This document shows, in pieces, positions 57,901 through 64,000 of a stretch of 64,000 nt of DNA. Positions within the stretch are counted from its first letter, which is position 1, and each line of letters begins with the position of its first letter. The translations under genes were made by a program, and so were the position numbers. The notes beneath the pieces were generated by a model, which was not told the origin of the DNA, ran no database searches, and saw only the letters and a program-made list of their open reading frames with translations. The DNA is from the human T2T-CHM13v2.0 reference genome, Homo sapiens, in the NCBI RefSeq assembly GCF_009914755.1, contig NC_060934.1. One strand, 5' to 3'.

Positions 57901-58362
57901 TTTAGGAAGCCTTCTGATACCCTGTCACAAATATTCTCTTATGTTATCAACTACTATATAATTTTACCTTTCGCAGTCAAGTTGTTAACATTTGGAATAT
58001 ACCTGTGTACATGGTATTGGGTAGTGATCCACTTATTATATTTATCCATTAGTGGCCCAAGTTCCTAATACTACCTTCCTTTATCATAAGTATAAGTGCC
58101 TCATATTCATATGTCTGTCTCTGAGCTCTCTATTTTGTTCCATGGCTTCCCATGTCTGCCACAATTGGGTAGTATGTCCTAATATTTGGTTGGGCAAGTC
58201 CTCTTTTTCTTTTTCACAACTTTTATTATTCTACTTAAACTTAAGCTATTTCTCAAAAATTCATACAGAATTTTGGTAGGTTTTGCATTAATTTTATACT
58301 TTCATTTGATGAGAATTGACATTTTTATTTCAATGAATTATCCCCTTTCAGAGAATGGCATG

Positions 58363-58748
58363 TGTGTCAGTCTATTTTGCACTGCTATAAAGAAATACCT
58401 GAGACTGGGTAATTTATAACGAAAAGAGGTTTAACTGGCTCACAGTTCTGCAGGCTGTACAGGAAGCATGGCAGCATCTGCTTCTGGGGAAGCTTCAGGG
58501 AGCTTTTACTCATGATGAAAGGCAAAGTGTGAGCAGGCGTCTTACATGGGAGGAGCGAAGCGGGGTGTGCTACACACTTTTGGACAACCGGAACTTACGA
58601 GAACATACTCACCATCACAAGAACAGCACTGAGGGGATGGTGCCAAGCCATTCATGATCCGATCACCCCCCACCAGGCCCCACCTCCAACATTGGGGATT
58701 ACAATTCGACATGAGATTTAGGCGGGAACACAGATCCAAACCATATCA
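58363..58748 (-). mobile_element. MSTA/B-like MaLR LTR
   Basis: GAAATACCTGAGACTGGGTAATTTAT ... CCAAACCATATCA; flanks GCATG/GTATG. Confidence 0.85.
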
Positions 58749-58792
58749 GTATGTTTCTCCGTTAATTCAGATCATTTATTGTTCTTCATTAA

Positions 58793-59159
<367 letters not shown>

Positions 59160-60204
59160 TGTAGGTTTTGTTACTATTTTAAATGTTGTCTTTTTAGTTA
59201 TAATTTTTTTTACTGGAGATTGTTGTAGAGAAATGCCAGTGCTTTTTGTTCTTTGATCTGGTATCCAGCAACCTTACTGAACTTTCTTATTCTCATATTT
59301 ATCTGCTGATTTTAAATGATCATATCATGTACAAATAATGACAAATATCTTCACTTCTGATCTTTATATCTCATTTTTCTTTTTCAGTTTTTTTGGTTTT
59401 TACAGAATTAGTCAAGAATTCAGTACTATGTTACATAGCATCAGTGATACAGTAAGCATTCTTGCCTTAAAGGGAACATCTTAAAAAAAACTTCTCCCGT
59501 AAGAGTAATGTTGGTAGAGGCAAGCTTTGGAATTTAAGAAAGTTTCCTTCTATTTGTAGTTTGCCATTAAAAATAATTTAGTTGTTGAACTTTGTAAAAT
59601 GCCTCTTTAGTTTGATTAAAATAATTTTTTCTCATTTATTTTGAATTTTTTGATATATTTTTCCAGTGCTAAAACAACTTTTCATTCTGATATATATTCC
59701 ACTATATCATGACATAATTATTTTAATATATGTAAACATTTGTTTAGCCCATATTTCCTTTAAGACTCTTAAATCTACATGCATAGTTAAAAGGTGGCTG
59801 CATTTTTTTTTTATTGCCCTCATGTGGTTTGGAATAAAAATCATGTAAAGTGAGCTGGGTGGGTTGTTCTTTTCTTTTTTTGTGTGTGAAAACATGAAAA
59901 CAGAACTGTTCATTAAAAGTTTGGTAGAATTCGTATATAAAGCCATCTAGGCCTGAAGTTTTCAGGGAAGGGAATGATTTAAATTTTTTATGCTTATTGT
60001 GCTATTAAAGTTTTTTCTTCCATTTGGGGCAAACTGGCATTTTATATTGTCTATCATCTTATCTTTTTAATCCTTCTCTTTTAGTTTTTCAAAGTTTGTT
60101 AGAGAGCAATTTATCCTAATACTGCTTTTTAAACATTCCTTTTTGTCTCTTCATTCTGCATATTATTTGCATATTTTCTGTTTATTTGCATATTGTCTCT
60201 TTAA

Positions 60205-60523
<319 letters not shown>

Positions 60524-60813
60524 GAGTCTCCCTTATTTATTTACTTATTTTTAAAAAAACTAGTTTTCTATAACTAGAAAGTTTTTAAAGCTATTTTAAA
60601 ATACTTTTAGACTTTCAGAAGATTAGTAAAGCTAGAAAAGAAAGTTTCTATAGACTCTTTACACAGCTTCCTGTAGTAATACATCTTACATAACCATGGC
60701 AAAATTATCAAAAGTAAGGAGCTAATATTAACTCAACTACAGGCTTCATTCAGGTTTCCTGTTTTTCCACTAATGTCCCTTTTTTGCTCCAGGATATAAA
60801 TCAGGATACCATA

Positions 60814-61193
60814 TATTATGGTATGAATTGTGTTCTCCAAAATTGATATGTTGCACTCCTAACCTCCAATATCTCAGAATGTGATTGTATTTGGTGATAG
60901 GATCTTTAAAGAAGTAAGTTAAAATGAGGTCATTTAGGGTGGGTCCTAATCCAACTTGACTGATGTCCTTATAAGAAATGAGGAGACAGACATGCATAGA
61001 GGGAAGACCATGTGAAGACACAAGGAGAAGATGGCCATTTACAAGTCAGGGAGAGAAGCTCAGAAGAAAGCAACTCTGCTGACTCCTTTATGTTAAACTT
61101 CTAGCTTAAAGAATTGTGAGAAAATAAAAGTTCTGTTGTTTAAATCACCCGGTCTGAGATACTTGGTTATGGCAGCCTTAACAAACTAATACA
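60814..61193 (+). mobile_element. MLT1B/C-like MaLR LTR
   Basis: TGAATTGTGTTC...AAAATGAGGTCATT.AGGGTGGG.CCTAATCCAA...AACTAATACA. Confidence 0.8.
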
Positions 61194-61294
61194 CCATATT
61201 TTATTTGCTTGTTGTGTTCCCATAGAAAGTTTTATTTCAAATTCAGCAGTCCTGGCTTTTTATATTTCTTCTAAATTTTGTTAAAAATCTAAGC

Positions 61295-62065
<771 letters not shown>

Positions 62066-64000
62066 GCCAAAACATAAAACCACAAACCAGCTCCTTCTTT
62101 AGTCCATGTCTTTCTTTTTATATTTATCAGTGGCAGCTAGCATTTGTCTAGAAACTTTCTCAGCTGAATCTACAAATTCACTTGTTCACAGGTGACGGTG
62201 CTGTCAAACTTTCTACCTACTATATAACAAAAGTCCCTTTTGTTCCTGCCTCCAATAACATTTTCTTCATTGTCCTTCAAAACTGACCAACAAATTCCCC
62301 TTTCATTAACCATCACTGAGGCCCTTTTAGCTTTTGCTTGTTCCCAAAGCCACTAGCATAGATTTAGAGTTTTTATTATGGCAGCAGTCCGTTTCCAGGC
62401 ACTGGATTCTGTTCTGGTTGTCTATTGTTAGAAGTGAATGACTGATGGCAGCTGATCTACAGGCACCTGTTTTCATCAATCAATTTCAGCACAGCTTCTA
62501 CCTTGATATCCCATCAATGTTGACTACATATGCTGTTACTGTCCATTGTTTTGTAGTGATGGAGCAGAAAAATTATTGTCCAAGGTAACATGAGGAGGGA
62601 GGAAAAGCAGAATTTCAAGTCTTTCCATCAATCTATCCAGTCTCTCTATCCATTCCTCCATAGCAGTTTATGATACTTTCAATTTGCTTGGGTATTTTTT
62701 GGGGGTGGGGGGAATGTCAGTTTAGCTACTCCTTGCTTCTCTCATGTCTGTAGTTCCTCCAAAGTTAATTTTGGGTGTGGGCTGATTTAGGAGCTAAGGA
62801 AAAATATTAAAAAAGATATAGACCATGGAAATTTTAGTGGGGAAAACATATCATTGAAAATCAAATATTATAATATAGTGTGCTAATTGATATGAAGAAG
62901 GTAAGCACACTGCATTATGGGAGAATAAGGGACTCTCTTCCATATCAGACTTGGAGTTCATGGGAGGCTTTAGAAAGTGGCCAGGTAGGAGTTATAATGT
63001 AAGGCATGGTTTAGGCAAAGGGATTTCAGGTATAAAGACGTCTGTGAAAGAATGGTTTGAGATAGCATGAATTTTTTAGGGCCCTAAATGTAGTTCTGAA
63101 TTGTCTGGAATAAGGAATATATGCATGACAGTGGTTGGAGAAGTTAGAAGTAGGAGGGCCCTGATTATGTCATTCCAAGGAACGTGGATTTTATTATTTA
63201 GGAAAGTGAGTAATATTGATTTCAAGTAGGGAATTGTCGGGATTGGGTTTATATGTTTCAAATATTACATAGAAAGCAGTGTATGATTCTTGGGCTTCAG
63301 CAACCCTTACTTGCATGGGAACTTTCTAAAATCCTGGAATGGGTACTAGAAATGAGTTTTGTGGTCAACTGTTCTCATAAAACTTGCAAAAATAAGATAT
63401 TTTGAATGCAATGGTCTCTTTCTGGTATAATGTGCCTCCATTACACTTTTCCTAGGCTTTGGGTAGTTTTGCAAACTGGAGGAACTTTAGGATTTTTTTA
63501 GTCTGGGTTAAGCAATATATGTTAAAGTTGTCTGTGGTCACTTCTGTGTATAGCGAAGTTACTGGTCATTCTGGTATAGAAATGGCTTCTGGTAATACTC
63601 TTAATGCCCATGGTGCCTACCCATCCAACAGTTACCACCGAAAGACCTAGGGCCAAAGGTCATCTCGTCACATACATGTGTATTCATGATTTTGTTTTTC
63701 TTAAAGAAGGTCCCTAAACCATATAAACTTCAAGAGCTACAAACCAGGATCTTTACTTGGAGCAATGCCAAACAGGACCCAAGAGTATGCTAGTATTAAA
63801 TTTGTTTAACCCGTGAAAGATGAGGGCCTGAAGCAAGGCAGTGGCCATGCATATGGAAGAGAAGAGTCAAGATACAAGAAGCACAAAGGGAGTCCAACCT
63901 ATGGCACTTGGCCATTGCTTTGACTTGGAGGTCCATTCACAGAGAAAGACCAGTAGGGAAATCGTGTTTGATGGACTGAATCCTGCTTCGGGCTTGTTGT

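Overview
Primate, almost certainly human, genomic DNA at the 5' end of GPR158 (class C GPCR, RGS7-coupled metabotropic glycine receptor), recognised from the exon-1 translation. The window holds ~20.6 kb of repeat-rich upstream DNA, a CpG-island promoter (~20.65-23.1 kb), the first coding exon (21654-22555, 902 coding nt: signal peptide plus most of the Cache-containing ectodomain) and ~41 kb of intron 1. I see no exon 2. The rest is mostly Alu, L1, L2/MIR, MaLR/ERV LTR and DNA-transposon relics, and almost all other listed ORFs are repeat-derived or GC-rich shadows. I found no clearly novel gene system. The best leads are hypotheses read from motifs: (1) an in-frame TAG inside the exon-1 splice donor, with G-runs behind it and a well-formed intronic poly(A) site ~1.4 kb downstream, which could give a secreted 301-aa ectodomain isoform; (2) three uORFs in the leader; (3) two non-canonical REST/RE1-like elements and a perfect PBX-PREP/MEIS decamer; (4) several readable retrotransposition events (twin-primed L1 in an Alu tail, same-site tandem Alus, an inverted pair of L1PA copies). 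Repeat subfamily calls are by eye and need RepeatMasker/Dfam confirmation.
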